DNA of 63,994 nucleotides, counting the filler, from Sphacelaria rigidula (taxonomy: Eukaryota): the NCBI GenBank assembly GCA_964200075.2. It is 4 parts of 4 records of this genome, joined end to end, with 100 filler letters (N's around TTAATTAATTAA, not from the genome) between each part and the next. Parts side by side here need not be neighbours in the genome. Positions count along the whole stretch, not along the records: positions 16,108 to 32,113 come from CAXNAA020001523.1; positions 32,214 to 48,218 come from CAXNAA020001524.1; 2 more parts are not named here. One strand, written 5' to 3'. Both the position numbers and the translations under genes were made by a program. Shown in pieces: positions 25,491-37,773 of the stretch. The notes beneath the pieces are model-generated. The model saw only the letters and a list, made by a program, of their open reading frames with translations, ran no database searches and was not told the origin of the DNA. How positions within the stretch are numbered: position 1 is the first letter of the stretch; each line of letters starts with the position of its first letter.

Positions 25491-25927
25491 GAAAAATTCA
25501 CACGAGACGCGACTAAAAAAACAGAAAACACGGAAGGAAAAGACAAAAAATACTGCTAACCTCGTAAGTTCCGGTGCCGTAGGCGACCATTCGGGCTACT
25601 CGAGGTAGGGCCCAATGGTCCACTCAACACGCGAGGCCAAACAAAAGTGGAACCTAACTCAGGAACCCACATCACCAACTATGGCGAAATGAATCGCGAA
25701 GCAATATCCTTGTACCTCTAGAGGGACAGCCATACGTACGAAAAAACTAGGCATCACAAGAAAAGCACCACATAACCACACACACCCTTGGGGGAGGGGT
25801 ACATGGAAAGCAGCGATTAGTTGGAAAAACTAAGGCATGGGGGGATGATGGGGAATTCTGCCACCTCTATGTTCAGCTCGGTACAAACTAGCTACACGAT
25901 CTTCGATCTCCTTCCTGCTCTCCTCAA
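25491..25927 (-). mobile_element. RTE LINE 3' UTR (proximal part of the copy split by the hAT)
   Basis: Reverse complement aligns with 53690-54155 (e.g. TTTGGCCTCGCGTGTTGAGTGGACCA, CTCTAGAGGTACAA). Confidence 0.88.
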
Positions 25928-27329
25928 AGAACCAGTTTATTCGCACGTGTGTTCGAACGCACTCATCAGTGGTGTTCCTTTTTAATATTATGAGGATACT
26001 TTACAGCGATAATAATATATCATCTGCCGCGTCCATTTTAGACGGTCATGCTCCAAGGCCTAACTTAAGCTGAGACTAGACGGGCAGACGTCGTCGGACG
26101 AGACAGGGGTCCACATCAGCACGGCAAGGTATCGCTATAGACCCCTGCACAGGCTGAGGCAGCTGGATGGAAAAGGATGCATATCACTGCGGAGGGAGGA
26201 AGCACTTGATACATGGAATATCTTGTGACAAAGTAATACAAGACGAAGTTGACACTGTGTGCTACTAGCCGTCAGTGCAATGAATACAGTAGTACTGACT
26301 GTATAATGGGAACCGCGCCTGGGCAGTGCTGGAATACCCGCGATCCATCCCGGAAAATTGAAAATTGCAACTTGCACTTTGTCCTGTTCTGGAACCAAGT
26401 GAAATGTTTGAAGAAAAAAACTCCGCAAAAGGGCGACGAGACAACTGTCGGAGGGAGGTCGAGATATTGACGTGGGAGTGCCTGCAGAACGAAAATCCGG
26501 TTGATTATTCTAGAAAAATACTACAGCAACCGCCCTTGTCGTCGTGGGACCGTCGTGGTACCCGGCAATGGATGTCTGGCACTGTATGGAAGGAGACGTT
26601 GCCTCTTCCCCGAAAGTCCCACAGTGGTCCTTGGCACCAGCCACTGGTCCGTTCGGCTCGGCTGTACGGCCGTGTCTTGCTGCCTTGCTCGACATGGCGT
26701 ATAAAAGCCAAGAACGTCTCCCTCTAAGATATGGAGAACCTTGACTGGTTGTCATTTCCCCTCTTCGTAGCAACCTCAACTGACAGGCGGCCGATGTAAA
26801 CAAAATGCTGGCAAGATTTGCCCCTCCTTTCGCGCGGATTTCATATCGTTTCTCTCTAGAATTGTCTGTAGAAAGTGATGGTATTCTCGGAATCACCGCA
26901 GCATGGTGCATACTCATCCTTTCATGCCACGCAGCCCACGAACACCTTCAGTCGCCGAAACTACTGCGTCAACACCTGCCTGCGGCTTCAAGCCCCACAT
27001 ACGTGAAGTTTCAGGACAATCCTAAGCCAGGTGTGCCGTGTTTTGGCGCATCCCCAAAAAAACCGCTTCCACATTATTGAAAAGGAATAACACTGCCATT
27101 CCCACGTGGGATCAAGTACGGTAAAACTAAGGTGATTGAAAATTAGGACGTTACCAAGATGTATCGGAATTGTCATTGCCTTCCAAACTGTTATCAAGCA
27201 AACGATATTCTCCCGTTCCCATCGAGATCGTTGCCGAGCAAATCATGTTCTCCCATGCCATGCCCAAACAGTCACCAAAACACTGGCATTCCTGTAGTTT
27301 CCCATTCAAACAAATACCGCGCAAATGTT

Positions 27330-27697
27330 GTTTGTTGCCATTCCATCTATTCTGGACGCCAGTCTTTGTTTTTCGGTGAATGTGGGCGCATCAGCCGGGT
27401 ATTACACTCGAGAAGGGCCAACACAGGAGTTTTTCTTTCTTCTTTTCTGTCGATTTTCATTACTCCACCTTCCTTCTGCGATGCTTGCCGTAATTTTTAA
27501 CCGAGGGGTTCAGTGGTCCGTCTCTTCCTCTCGTCGACCGTGAAGTCGTCTTTTGTGTACCCACGACATAGTCGCTCTCGATTATTGGGCATGGTGTGAG
27601 AAAAATCTCAGAACGTGTGACTTCACCGAGATCTGAACCCACGACGCAACCGTCAGAAGGTTACGAGGTTACCAACTGAGCCACCGGGGCGACCGGC
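27330..27697 (-). mobile_element. tRNA-derived SINE
   Basis: 5' head GCCGGTCGCCCCGG-TGGCTCAGTTGG (A box, 27683-27672)...GGTTCAGATC (B box, 27639-27630), followed by ~280 bp of non-tRNA body. A homologous 3' end is at 32003-32113. Confidence 0.85.
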
Positions 27698-29340
27698 TGC
27701 AAATGTACGGCTCCCAATTACTGTCAAGTTGCGCAAAATGAACTCGCACCTACAGTCAACGTCGTTGCTCGTGGCTTCAAACCCCAGCAGACTACTTTGA
27801 ACTTTTTCTCCGATTTTCTCTCTCTTCTATTTCGTCCCTCCTTGGGCGACATGTTTGACTCTTGAATGGCGATCAAGGCCCTCTATGATGCCAAAGTTAA
27901 CAAAGAAGCGATAGTTCGATGCAGAGAAGAAGATGTTGCCGTGGAAGCGGCAGGGCGTACGCCCGTTGGATCAACTCCATTAACCACTAGTTGATTACAA
28001 GATCAATCGCTGACTATCAGATCAATAGCTATAGTTATAGTCACTTTGTTGATTGCCGACAGACGGTCAGCTGTGATTTCATACCTCGACAGTTTTCATC
28101 GTCTACTTAATTTTTTTGTCTGCAAGAAAATGGCGGTGACTCTCACGATTTGTTGTCCCTGAATAAGTGGTTGATACTGCTGAGGGTAGCTCTGGATTCA
28201 GTTCATCGTCTTTCTTCTAGCTGCGAGTCTGCTCGTGTTTCACAGGCAAAGCTTGCATTCGAGTTTTGTGAACAACATATCCACAAAAGATTACTGTTGT
28301 TTGGATGCCTAGATATAACTTGTAGCCCTGGGGTGACACACGGTGAAGGCATACACAGAATACTCAAAGACCCTACTGTACATTACCGTGGTGGCTAATT
28401 CCTTCACCAATGAGTACCGGGGTGGCCCGATACCATGGTACACGTTAAAAACCTCGGAAAGGCATCCTGATTTGAGACTCGGACAATTTGGCCCTCGACA
28501 CTACGCAGGGCTCTTTGAGGACAAGTCTCTCGTTTGCTCGACTAACCTTCCATCAATCGATATCGAAGGACATTGTAGATGATATCAGAGTGTATAACTC
28601 GACCGGTCCAAAGATGCATGCACTGCATAGACGCAGACTTGAAGCGGAATGCGCCGTGCTTCCCGAACGTGTACAGTAACGGTATGAGCTAACTTCCATC
28701 GCCGTAAAATGCAGGGCCCCTGACGGCGAGCACAGGTAATGTGTTGAATCGGCATCAATTTCACATGAAAAACGTATACACGGCCCAGATGGACAACCCT
28801 CGCCGTCAAGGAGTTCAAAGGATCGCCCTAAAGTGGAAAGCAAGTACATGAGACTTGTCCAAGAAGATGGTCCCAAGTTTTGAATAATGTCGTCTGTACG
28901 ATATGGAACACGCCATCGGCACTGGAGACCGGAGAAAGTAGGCACGTACATCGCAGAAGTGCATCTTGCACCCTACCGACATATCGCTGCGCTATACATG
29001 AGTGCCGTACTGCACTACTACTGTACTGTATATGCGCCAAGCCGGTAGGGTTGTTCTGTGTTTCGCAAACACTCAACTGAGGCATACTCTTCCTGGGGGA
29101 GAGCTGCGGTGTGACACTGAATTTTGTACCGTAAAAGGTCGATTGCTGGGACACGAAGATGAAGCCTTCAACAAGCGCGCACGGTTTCTTCCGCATTTGT
29201 TCCGAAATGTGCAACATGATACATGTGAGCTTGACGTCGAACGTTAAGCCCGTACGGTTGGGGCGACCCTCTTCTCAATTCTCAAACAGGCGGACGCTCT
29301 ACGGGCAGCAAAGCTACAATACTCTGCTGTACTGTACAAA

Positions 29341-29343
<3 letters not shown>

Positions 29344-29402
<59 letters not shown>
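29344..29402. repeat. (TG)n microsatellite, possibly the (CA)n tail of a minus-strand retroposon
   Basis: Direct reading. The other SINE 3' end at ~32003 also terminates in TG repeats. Confidence 0.95.
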
Positions 29403-29407
<5 letters not shown>

Positions 29408-29836
29408 CGTTTCAAACGTCATCCCTTCCTCGCGACGTGTCCGTGGTTTCGTAAGTACACACCCCACGTTCGGTATCGCGGCTTGGATCAACACTCCCGT
29501 TCCGCGTCGACTGTCGTATAAAAACCCAGCCAAACAAACTCGTTTTGCTCTTCACGTCCTCGCGCTTTCAACAACGGGAATCAGAGGCGTATGGGGAATA
29601 TCCAACCGCATCTGGCAGGAATTGAAGCCGCGTTCTCACCCTGATCGAGTCATATATAACAGTGGACGACCGGGGGGCGCCGGCATGGTTGGGAGGACAA
29701 CATGTCCGCACGAAGACATCCTCCGACATAACGTCCGGACAAACACACCCTTCAACATAAAAGCACGGAGTACTGGTCACAAACGACAGTGAATCCAAAA
29801 ACATCGCGTTCACCTCCGCCGTGTAAAACAACTCAC

Positions 29837-30255
29837 ATTTCATCAGCTGTACTACCGAACTGAGGCTGGTGATGCTGGTGCTGGTGTTGCTGCTCACGAC
29901 TCCGACTATTGGTCCAAATGCCGAGGTTACTGAGGTACTGCGTCCGAAAGTAGTCGGGACTCCTAATGCGCCGCTTGTGCAGTAGGTCCTTCGGGATCGG
30001 CGTCAAAACTTTTGGTTCGAGGGTTTTCATCAGCTGTTCATTCTTCACGTCGATTAAAGACTCCTCGGAAGAAACAAGAGATTCTTCATCATCATCCTCC
30101 TGCTGCTCCTGCTGCTGCCCCTGCTGCTGAATATCCCTTGTAGCAGCTATTACTACCACTCCATCCCCATCGTTGCCGATGTCTGGCGATGTTGTAGAAG
30201 GAGCATCCAACGTTGTTGCGTCGATCACTCTATGGGCCTGTCGCCAATTTTCCAT
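29837..30255 (-). CDS. Probable first coding exon of gene A
   Basis: ATG-initiated ORF with Q/E/D-rich tracts and a consensus donor GAAAT|gtgagt (phase 2), compatible with the exon starting at 17824. Both exons contain an R-x-x-YL-x-NLG motif. Confidence 0.7.
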
Positions 30256-30589
30256 TTCCTTCCGTATATGTGCGCACGTCTGCAGAATAACTATATCAAA
30301 TCCCTCGACAGCGGAGGCGTGAGGATACTTTCACCGAGAAGTCGTGGGCGTGGAGCTTACAGGACACGGGAGGGGTCCGCCTCTGTAGGTTGTGTTCGCC
30401 TCGATCGCAGTTTGCAGTTTTTCTCGTCGTTATATTATTTTTTCATCATCACACAAGACTATCTCCAATATCAAATCCCGTTGGTATTATCTAGCAAGTA
30501 TGTTACGTGCCACCCTCTTGACGACAATTTACAGGAGTTGACGGGGCACGATAGCTGCAATATAGGTGTATTTATGGTCTAAACTACTT

Positions 30590-30823
30590 AATTTTATTTC
30601 ATTTGGAGTATTTTTTTTATGTATCATGTCTGTGTGAATTGTTTCTGGGTCCGGTTTTTATTTTGTGTTTTTTCTTTTACCCTACCTTGGGGTAGCTCGC
30701 CTGTGACGACGGAAAGCGTCCGCATGAGATGCTCAATACAGAGTACTGCGCAGATATCGGAACGGTTTTTAATGTGAAGACAACAACAACGCCAACAATA
30801 ACGACAACAGCAACGATAACAAC
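30590..30823 (+). mobile_element. 5'-truncated RTE LINE 3' end with degenerate (CAA)n tail
   Basis: Aligns with 54110-54321 (TCTGTGTGA-TTGTTTCTGGGTCCG, GCGTCCGCAT-AGATGCTCA-TACAGAGTACT-CGCAGATATCGGAACG). Confidence 0.9.
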
Positions 30824-32002
30824 TATGGATCTCCTTTATCATCTCGGCTTTTCGTTTCTCATGACTGGGTATGAATGCCGTTTTTGTTCAAAACCTTTCC
30901 CACCGAACAAAGACGTGTGGCAAGAGGCCGATATTGTGGGACGTACGTAAGTTGTGTATGTACTAGTGGTAATGGCTGCCTGCCCGTTTGCCAAATCTTG
31001 GGTACTGGCCAGTTCCTAAGAACTGGTAGTACATACTGGTTCAGAAGCCAACCCTAGTGTCTGATCTCTCATACACCAATTCCCCCAACTCGGATGTGGA
31101 AGACTGTCTGTTGTCCTTGTTTTGCAGACGTCGGGTGAAATCAACGACTGCAATAACACCCCCTAGCTTCCGACTATTAGATCTTGCCGCGAGGGCGCAG
31201 CCGTCCTTGCTCGCATGTGTGTGAGAGAGAACAGTAGCGGTGACGGGAACATCACCCTACTTTTCGACGATGTGTTCTACTGCGCACAGACGCACTTCCT
31301 GTCCAATCAGAGAGGCCGAGATAAATCGATATTTGCATCGGTCAGCGCCACACACAGCGCGTACGTGGACAAATAGCACCCTGTAGGACGAGCTGCAGAG
31401 GGTTCTCCACACACAGTCTTTGTGAAACCCCTGTGCAGCATTTATTTGCAAACCCTAGTGCCTGTAATAGCATTTTGCATAGCGTTTTTGTCGAAACCCT
31501 GCAAGCAACCCTGTGGAGAGGCCTTCACAATTTCGCAAATTCCAAATTATTTTGGGAAAAAATCTGTAAATTTTCTCGGACAGCAGGAAGGAGAAGCTAT
31601 TCAAAACAGATCCTTTTTTCGTCCATTTAAATTGGCAAAAAAAAGAGATCTATTTCGAATAGCTTATTCTGCTGCGCAAATCCCACGCACACTGGCAGAG
31701 TAGGAATTAGAACAGCAGAAGAAGCTCAAAATAAATCTTCACTTTGCCCTCCAATTTCATTCGGAAATTGGGGGAAAATAGATTTATTGCAAGCAGCGTC
31801 AGCTGTGCATACCCCGCATACTGCACCGTTACCAGCGTATGGGATCATATACGCAACAAACGTTGTTGAGGGCAATTCATCCTATAGCCCCAAAGGATGA
31901 ATATTTCTCAACAGCTTTCGCTGAGTAGAGATCCCACACATTGGTTACGTGTGTATGTCCACACCTGTGCTTCAAGCACAAACTTGGCGTGATGAGATGC
32001 TC

Positions 32003-32113
32003 GTGTGTGTGTATGTTGTGTGTTTGTTGTCGTCCCATTTATTCTGGGCGCCAGTTTACACCTTTCGGAATATGTGGGCGCATTAGCCGGGGTCACACAG
32101 GAGGAAGGTCAAC
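32003..32113 (-). mobile_element. SINE 3' end truncated by the assembly gap
   Basis: TATTCTGG-CGCCAGT...ATGTGGGCGCAT-AGCCGGG is shared with 27348-27398. Confidence 0.75.
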
Positions 32114-32213
32114 NNNNNNNNNNNNNNNNNNNNNNNNNNNNNNNNNNNNNNNNNNNNTTAATTAATTAANNNNNNNNNNNNNNNNNNNNNNNNNNNNNNN
32201 NNNNNNNNNNNNN
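32114..32213. other. Artificial contig-join spacer
   Basis: 44 N + TTAATTAATTAA + 44 N. Confidence 0.97.
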
Positions 32214-32240
32214 GGCGCTGGGGGGGGGGCGGTGGGGTGT

Positions 32241-32276
<36 letters not shown>

Positions 32277-32764
32277 GGGGGGTACTAACTAAGCTTGCCT
32301 TAGTCGTTTCACCATTTCTGCAGCATGGTGCTGCCGTTCTAGTGTCGTGGTCGTTTACACCATATCTTACAATCAGTGCAGTCACCTTTTAACACCTCTG
32401 GTCAGGGGACGCCATGAATTTGGTCCATCGACTTCACTGCTGACGTGTGTGCAGGCAGAGAAGTTCGTGCAAGCTGATGTTTTCTAGTAACTGTTATTCA
32501 TGCTATGTAGTATACACGCCGCTGGGAACGTTCGCTTTACTCGGGTCCCGCGCGCCTTTTGGCGGAAGAGGGTGTGAATCTTGCCAAGCCCAAATGAGGG
32601 AACAAAAGTTATTCCGACATCCAATAAGTTATATATGGGAAAAGAAATGAAAAAATTTAAAAGGCAGTGCGGGTATGAACGATGAACAAATGTAGATATT
32701 AAAAACCGGCACTGAGATATCATATATTACGAATGTAGAGAGTATGTCACCAAACATTTTTTTT

Positions 32765-33420
32765 GTCTCGAGAACGGGTGTTTCGACATCTCCAGACGCC
32801 ACGCTCCGACACATGCGTACACACTCCCACTCACGTCACCGTATAATTTGTTTTTACACATTCATTCGCGTTTGTAGATGTTCCGACCCCTGCATACACT
32901 CAGTTCGTTGATTCATTACCTTGCCGAGCATTATTTGCCCCCTCTGGTCTCGAGTGAAGGTCGGGCGAATGTCAATAACGAGGCTTTGGGAGAATGCTGC
33001 GCTCTGGTGCGTTGTTACAATTTTCCATATTTCCTCACTTCGTCGGTACATTATGTAGGGTTCAGATCCGAGCATTTATCGTCCCTTCCCGTTTCGAGTG
33101 AAGCTCGGATGAATGTCGATAAGGAGGTGTGTGCGAAATGCTCTGCTCTAGTGCGCCCATACACATACATCCTCACAATACAATTGATAGGTACGGGCGT
33201 TCCGACACCTGCATGCACACTCCCACTCACATCACCATACACTTTTTTCCTACACGAAAACGGACGTTCCGACACCTCCACACGCCACGTTCCAACGCGT
33301 GCATTTACACCTGTATACACTCGGTTCGTGGGTACATTGCCTTGCCGAGCATTGGTTGCTCCCCTAGTTCGAGAAAGAGGCGTTGGCAAAATGCTGCGCT
33401 CTCGTGCGTCGTTACAACTT
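32765..33420. repeat. Internally repetitive non-coding element (intronic TE remnant)
   Basis: Recurring GTTCCGACACC, CACACTCCCACTCAC and TCGAGTGAAG...AATGCTGCGCTCT-GTGCG modules. Confidence 0.6.
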
Positions 33421-33706
33421 TTTATACTCGGTTTGTATATGTCACACTTTCGATACTGTAGGCAGTACACTTTTTGCCACTGTAACATATCGTCATTACC
33501 CCTTCATGCTGTATTCTCGAGTATTTGTTTGCGCGTTGTGGCCCTCATCATCTCGGGTGGACAAGATTTTTACCCAGCACAAACTGGTAGACAGGACACG
33601 TCTGTGGTCTCTGGTGAAGGTCTCACCCAGTTTCATCTCACCGACCGTGACTTGTACGCACCGTTGCCCACGCCCATTGTGCTTCCCCACACTGTCCCGT
33701 CAATAG

Positions 33707-33956
33707 CCAGTCTTGGATGGTTTCCCCTGGCTTACTGAGCGCCGGCCCCATTCGACTAGTGATGGACATCATACACGCCGCGCAAGGTACCGTTATCGTG
33801 TCGGACGTGCTTTCTGGCTTGCTCTCTCGCCCGGGAGGAGATGGTCCCACGCTGACCGCTGATATGTTTGCGGCAATTGTCGTTTCTGAGGCAACGATGT
33901 TCGCCGGAGGAGGCCCTCATATCGCCGGTGGTTGCGGTGACAGCCTGCGCTCGCAG
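33707..33956 (+). CDS. Gene B exon (first confidently visible; gene is 5'-incomplete)
   Basis: Acceptor cccgtcaatag|C, open frame QSWMVSPGLLSAGPIRLVMD...DSLRSQ, donor CAG|gtgaga (phase 0). A weaker candidate upstream exon starts at 32455. Confidence 0.65.
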
Positions 33957-34162
33957 GTGAGATGGGGCGGCAGGGTGGCACTTCGACGGTAAGTCAAAGG
34001 CCACGTTTTCGGATTCTTGGGGTTCAATTTATTTCAACACTCGTTTCGCGGTCCGAAACGCAATACATTGCACGCGAAAGCTTACTTGGATACATTGATC
34101 AAGTTCGATTTCGGGGAGGGGTGGGCGTTGAAGCATCATGAGGCAGGGGAGGGGGGAACAGC

Positions 34163-35741
34163 CAGGACTTTTCACGGGACGGGAATCTCACGGGACAATC
34201 ATCTGGACAAGACGGAACGTGATGACGCGTCCCGTCGCTTTTTCAGGGCCGCGCTTTTCAGTTCCGACGCCTTTTCCCCCCTCCGTTCTCGTCTCGTTTT
34301 CATAGGACGTCCCTAGCCGTTTTCGACATGCTATGGGAAGTCCTATGCCATCCTTACAGAGCATCCCGTGAACGGGATAGAATTTCCCATAGAGCTCGGA
34401 AATGGTTTCTCAAACCATTATCCAGTTGAATGGTTACTCGTAGCGCACTAATTAACCAGTTGAATGATACATTATGGCTTGGCCATCGAGCGGCGTAGCC
34501 GCGAGCCAAAATGCCCCCCCCCAGCAGAGGGGGCTCCGCTGGAGACGTCGTGCTGGAGGCACGTTTTTACGCGATTTGGCTTCACCTTAGCTAAAAAAAT
34601 ACGTTGTATGGATCACTTTCCAAGGGCTGCATGTAGGATACGTGGCCGGTGACAGCTTACAAAGCCGGTGACGGTAAATGATAGTTTGAAAACATTATCC
34701 AAGCTGTTCATATAACCTGTACAATCATCACCATTATACTGAGGATGGCCAGTTATAACTGGTACCATTTCCGAGCTCTAAGTTTCCCTGAAAAAATCTC
34801 TGTGGGGCATGGTTGAGTACAGTGCAGTAGCCAGTACAGCACAGGGTCAATACTATACAGTACTTCAATATCAATTACCAAGCTGTCGGAGCATCACCAG
34901 CCCCGGTGTTGGATTTAATCTCTACACTAGTCAACACTATGCTGTAACATCAATAAGCTGTCGTCGAAGTTCCATCACCAGCTGCTGTGCTGGCCCCGCC
35001 CCGTACCGGGGAAGCATGGGTGACAGTGCACTGTGTATGATGATGAAATGAGAGATATTTCGTGTGCGACTTGCTCCTATACCAATGTGAGACACCTCTA
35101 TGCAACGATCGCACACTTTTTGCAGTTTTTCAGTTTGTAGCGCTCGTGTACAGTAGTATACATGGAGTGTGACGTGAGCCTTCGTGATCATGAGGAACAA
35201 GCGCCAAATGCCGGGAGACACGTTTGATGTAACCAAAAAGTCCGGCCTTCCAGAATTCCCCCAGCTATTGATGGGGTGTTGGCCTCTTCAGTACTTGGCA
35301 GAATTGTACTGTATCAGTAGGGTTTCCTCTTGTTTTCCTCCGATCCAATCGTTGTAGAGTCTATTTGATGTCAAAACTGCTGCTATTTGGCTTTTTCGTG
35401 AGCCAAAGAATCACCGACACTAAGTGCTTTCGAAATTGCGGTCTCCCAGCTGTTGGCTTGGGATGTTGATACACAGTGCTGTGAGGACGGGTGGATCTCA
35501 CAGGATGCCTTTCGTTTTCACCGGAGAAGGGGATTATACGGGACGGCATATCACGGGAATAGCCTCGTTCGTCCCGTGAGTACGAGACGGGATGGGCCAT
35601 CCCGTCCCAAAGAAATTCTCACAGTGCCCGTCCCATCCCGACAATTTTGTGGGGCCGCACTTCACGCCGCGTCCCGTCACGTCTTTTTTTCAGGCAACCC
35701 GGGGGAAACGTGTCTGTCCCATCGCCCCGTGAAACGCCCTG
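34163..35741. mobile_element. Non-autonomous hAT-like element in a gene B intron
   Basis: TIRs CAGGACTTTTCACGGG / CCCGTGAAACGCCCTG, CGGGAC/GTCCCG subterminal arrays at both ends, and flanks GAAC-AGC / GAACTAGC (8-bp TSD with one deletion). Confidence 0.65.
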
Positions 35742-37201
35742 GAACTAGCCATGTACCGTGGTGGTTTCTACCGTAAATTAAGGGGCGTTAGCGGCGGTCT
35801 CGACTTGTGTTGTACGAATGAGAAGCTCCTGGCTATGATCAAAATATTTTTGGTTTTGTGAATGGGGTGAACCGTGCGGCGAAAATGTGATCTTCTTCCT
35901 TGTTATTTAGGCAAAGATTGACCATAGTCGGGTGGTAGGATATTGAGTCAATAGGCATCGGATTGAGAGCAGGTTTAAGAGTGACTCCCAGGTGGCTCGA
36001 CGGTGGCTCTTGTTGTGTTACCCTCTTTCTACCGATGAGATCCTGTTGCCCAGGACCCCGGAGTTGGCTGCACAGGTACGAGAGATTCGGGCCTCTCGAA
36101 CAGTCCACGTGGCCAATCTGCTTCTGCAACGGCTCGGCCCGGTTTATATGCCATAGGAGTAATCTATGAAATATTGTGACCTCCGCGGTTCATTCGAACT
36201 GTAAAGAGCAGAGCGAATCGGAAAACAGCCCCCCAGCCCGGATTGGGCACCAAATCAACGCGTACCTCACCAAAGATACTCACACAGTCTCAGGTTTGGG
36301 GATAATAATTGCCGCTGCTGTAGCATGCTGCACAAGAATGACTGTAGTCCTCAACACTTGAGTAGTAGAATCTGCAGTACTGTACTGGGGTACGTAGTAT
36401 ATCACCCCCTCGAGATCACCCACATTGATGAGTTTTCGGGTACCAGAACTCATGACCAGGGGGTTGATTGATTTGATCGATTGACTGTCGCACATGAACT
36501 GATCCTCCAGGAGTCATGATCCAGTCGTGGTCATCATCCACAGGATAGACGTACCCGAGATGAAAAACGGAAACACTCACCAAGGGAAGGTGAAGGAAAA
36601 CCGAAAGGTGAAACAGACGGAGTAGACTAAAGGCAATAGAGACACGAAACGAAAAAAGAAAAAAGAAAAAAGAAAAATGCTAGAAATGGCTGACCTCTGT
36701 AACATGGCTTCAGGAGGAAAGGATCTCGCGCAACAGCATATGCTTGCATACATGGTATTTTACGACATGGTGTTCCGTTTCGTAGTCATCACCAGGATAC
36801 TGTTCATCCGTGCAATCAGATCAAGAAATGCCCAGGAAATGATGCATTACCTGCTGGATGAAGCACGCAAAGTGGCTGGTAGGCAATCCAGTGCACTAGG
36901 GACTGCGTCTTCGATACGGCAGTCTGGTGTAACGGGGCGTTGGTATCAACTCACCACACGAATCACCTTGCTCATGTAGGGTGGGGTGCGACATGCCATG
37001 CAGGATGGATACCATCATACTACCAGTGATGACGCATATAAATTCAAATGAGTTGGATCAGTGTCGCCTAATTCTCAGCACGGGCCCACTTTACCGTCAC
37101 CACCCCGAACCAAGAGCCTCGTTCTTTTCTCGGATGCGATCCGCTCGCCGCACGCACCTCAACCCCAACGCCCGCTCACCCACGACCACCTAACCCGTCA
37201 G

Positions 37202-37773
37202 GCGGTGGCATGGCTAGGAAGTGCTCTCTCGACAACCAGTTCTTTCGCATCTCAGACTGCAAGCACGACGCCTGAGCATGAAATGGCAGCGGTTTCCTTG
37301 ACAAGCGCTCTGACCCGCCGGGTACCCTTCGAGACAAAACCCGTTCTCCTGTCTATCGGCGAGGCGGCCGAGGTCGCCCGAGGAAACAACCACGGCGCCA
37401 AAGCACGGCGATTGAGCTACGTGGAAAGCAACGGTGGTGTCTCGCGACGAGACGCGGGGTGTGCCCCTTCAAGCGGCGAAGATGGCGATGGATCCCTCGA
37501 AGCGTTGATACAGGTCGCTCAGGCTGCACTGGAAAGCCCCCTCCTGCCCCTACCTGTACCCTCTTTGTCACCGCCGCTTCCTCCAGAGAAGGAGGAGCAT
37601 TGCGCCGCGGTTCAGAGAACGGCAAAGGGTAGACCCGATGGTGGCAGGGCGATGGGTAAGGAGGGTAGAAAGTCGACAGTGGCGGCCCCGGTGATGGCTG
37701 GGCTAATCCTGGACACCTTCATGCAGACTCCAGGGGCTGTGCTGAGAGCCTTGCGAGCGAATTTGCAGCGCGG
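37202..37773 (+). CDS. Gene B exon
   Basis: Acceptor ctaacccgtcag|GCG (phase 0), donor CGCGG|gtgagt (phase 2), within ORF 37061..37777. Confidence 0.8.

Noticed and set aside
27620..27697. Functional tRNA gene
   Set aside because: The A/B boxes continue into a repeated body with a second copy of the 3' end at 32003-32113, and no clean acceptor stem is evident. It is better explained as a SINE head.
28343..28920. Second hAT transposase relic (ETCPRRWS resembling the TRW motif)
   Set aside because: Only one weak motif, with no termini or TSD found.
32878..33738. 286-aa plus-strand ORF as a gene
   Set aside because: It runs through degenerate non-coding repeats, has atypical composition, and is out of frame with the supported exon at 33707.
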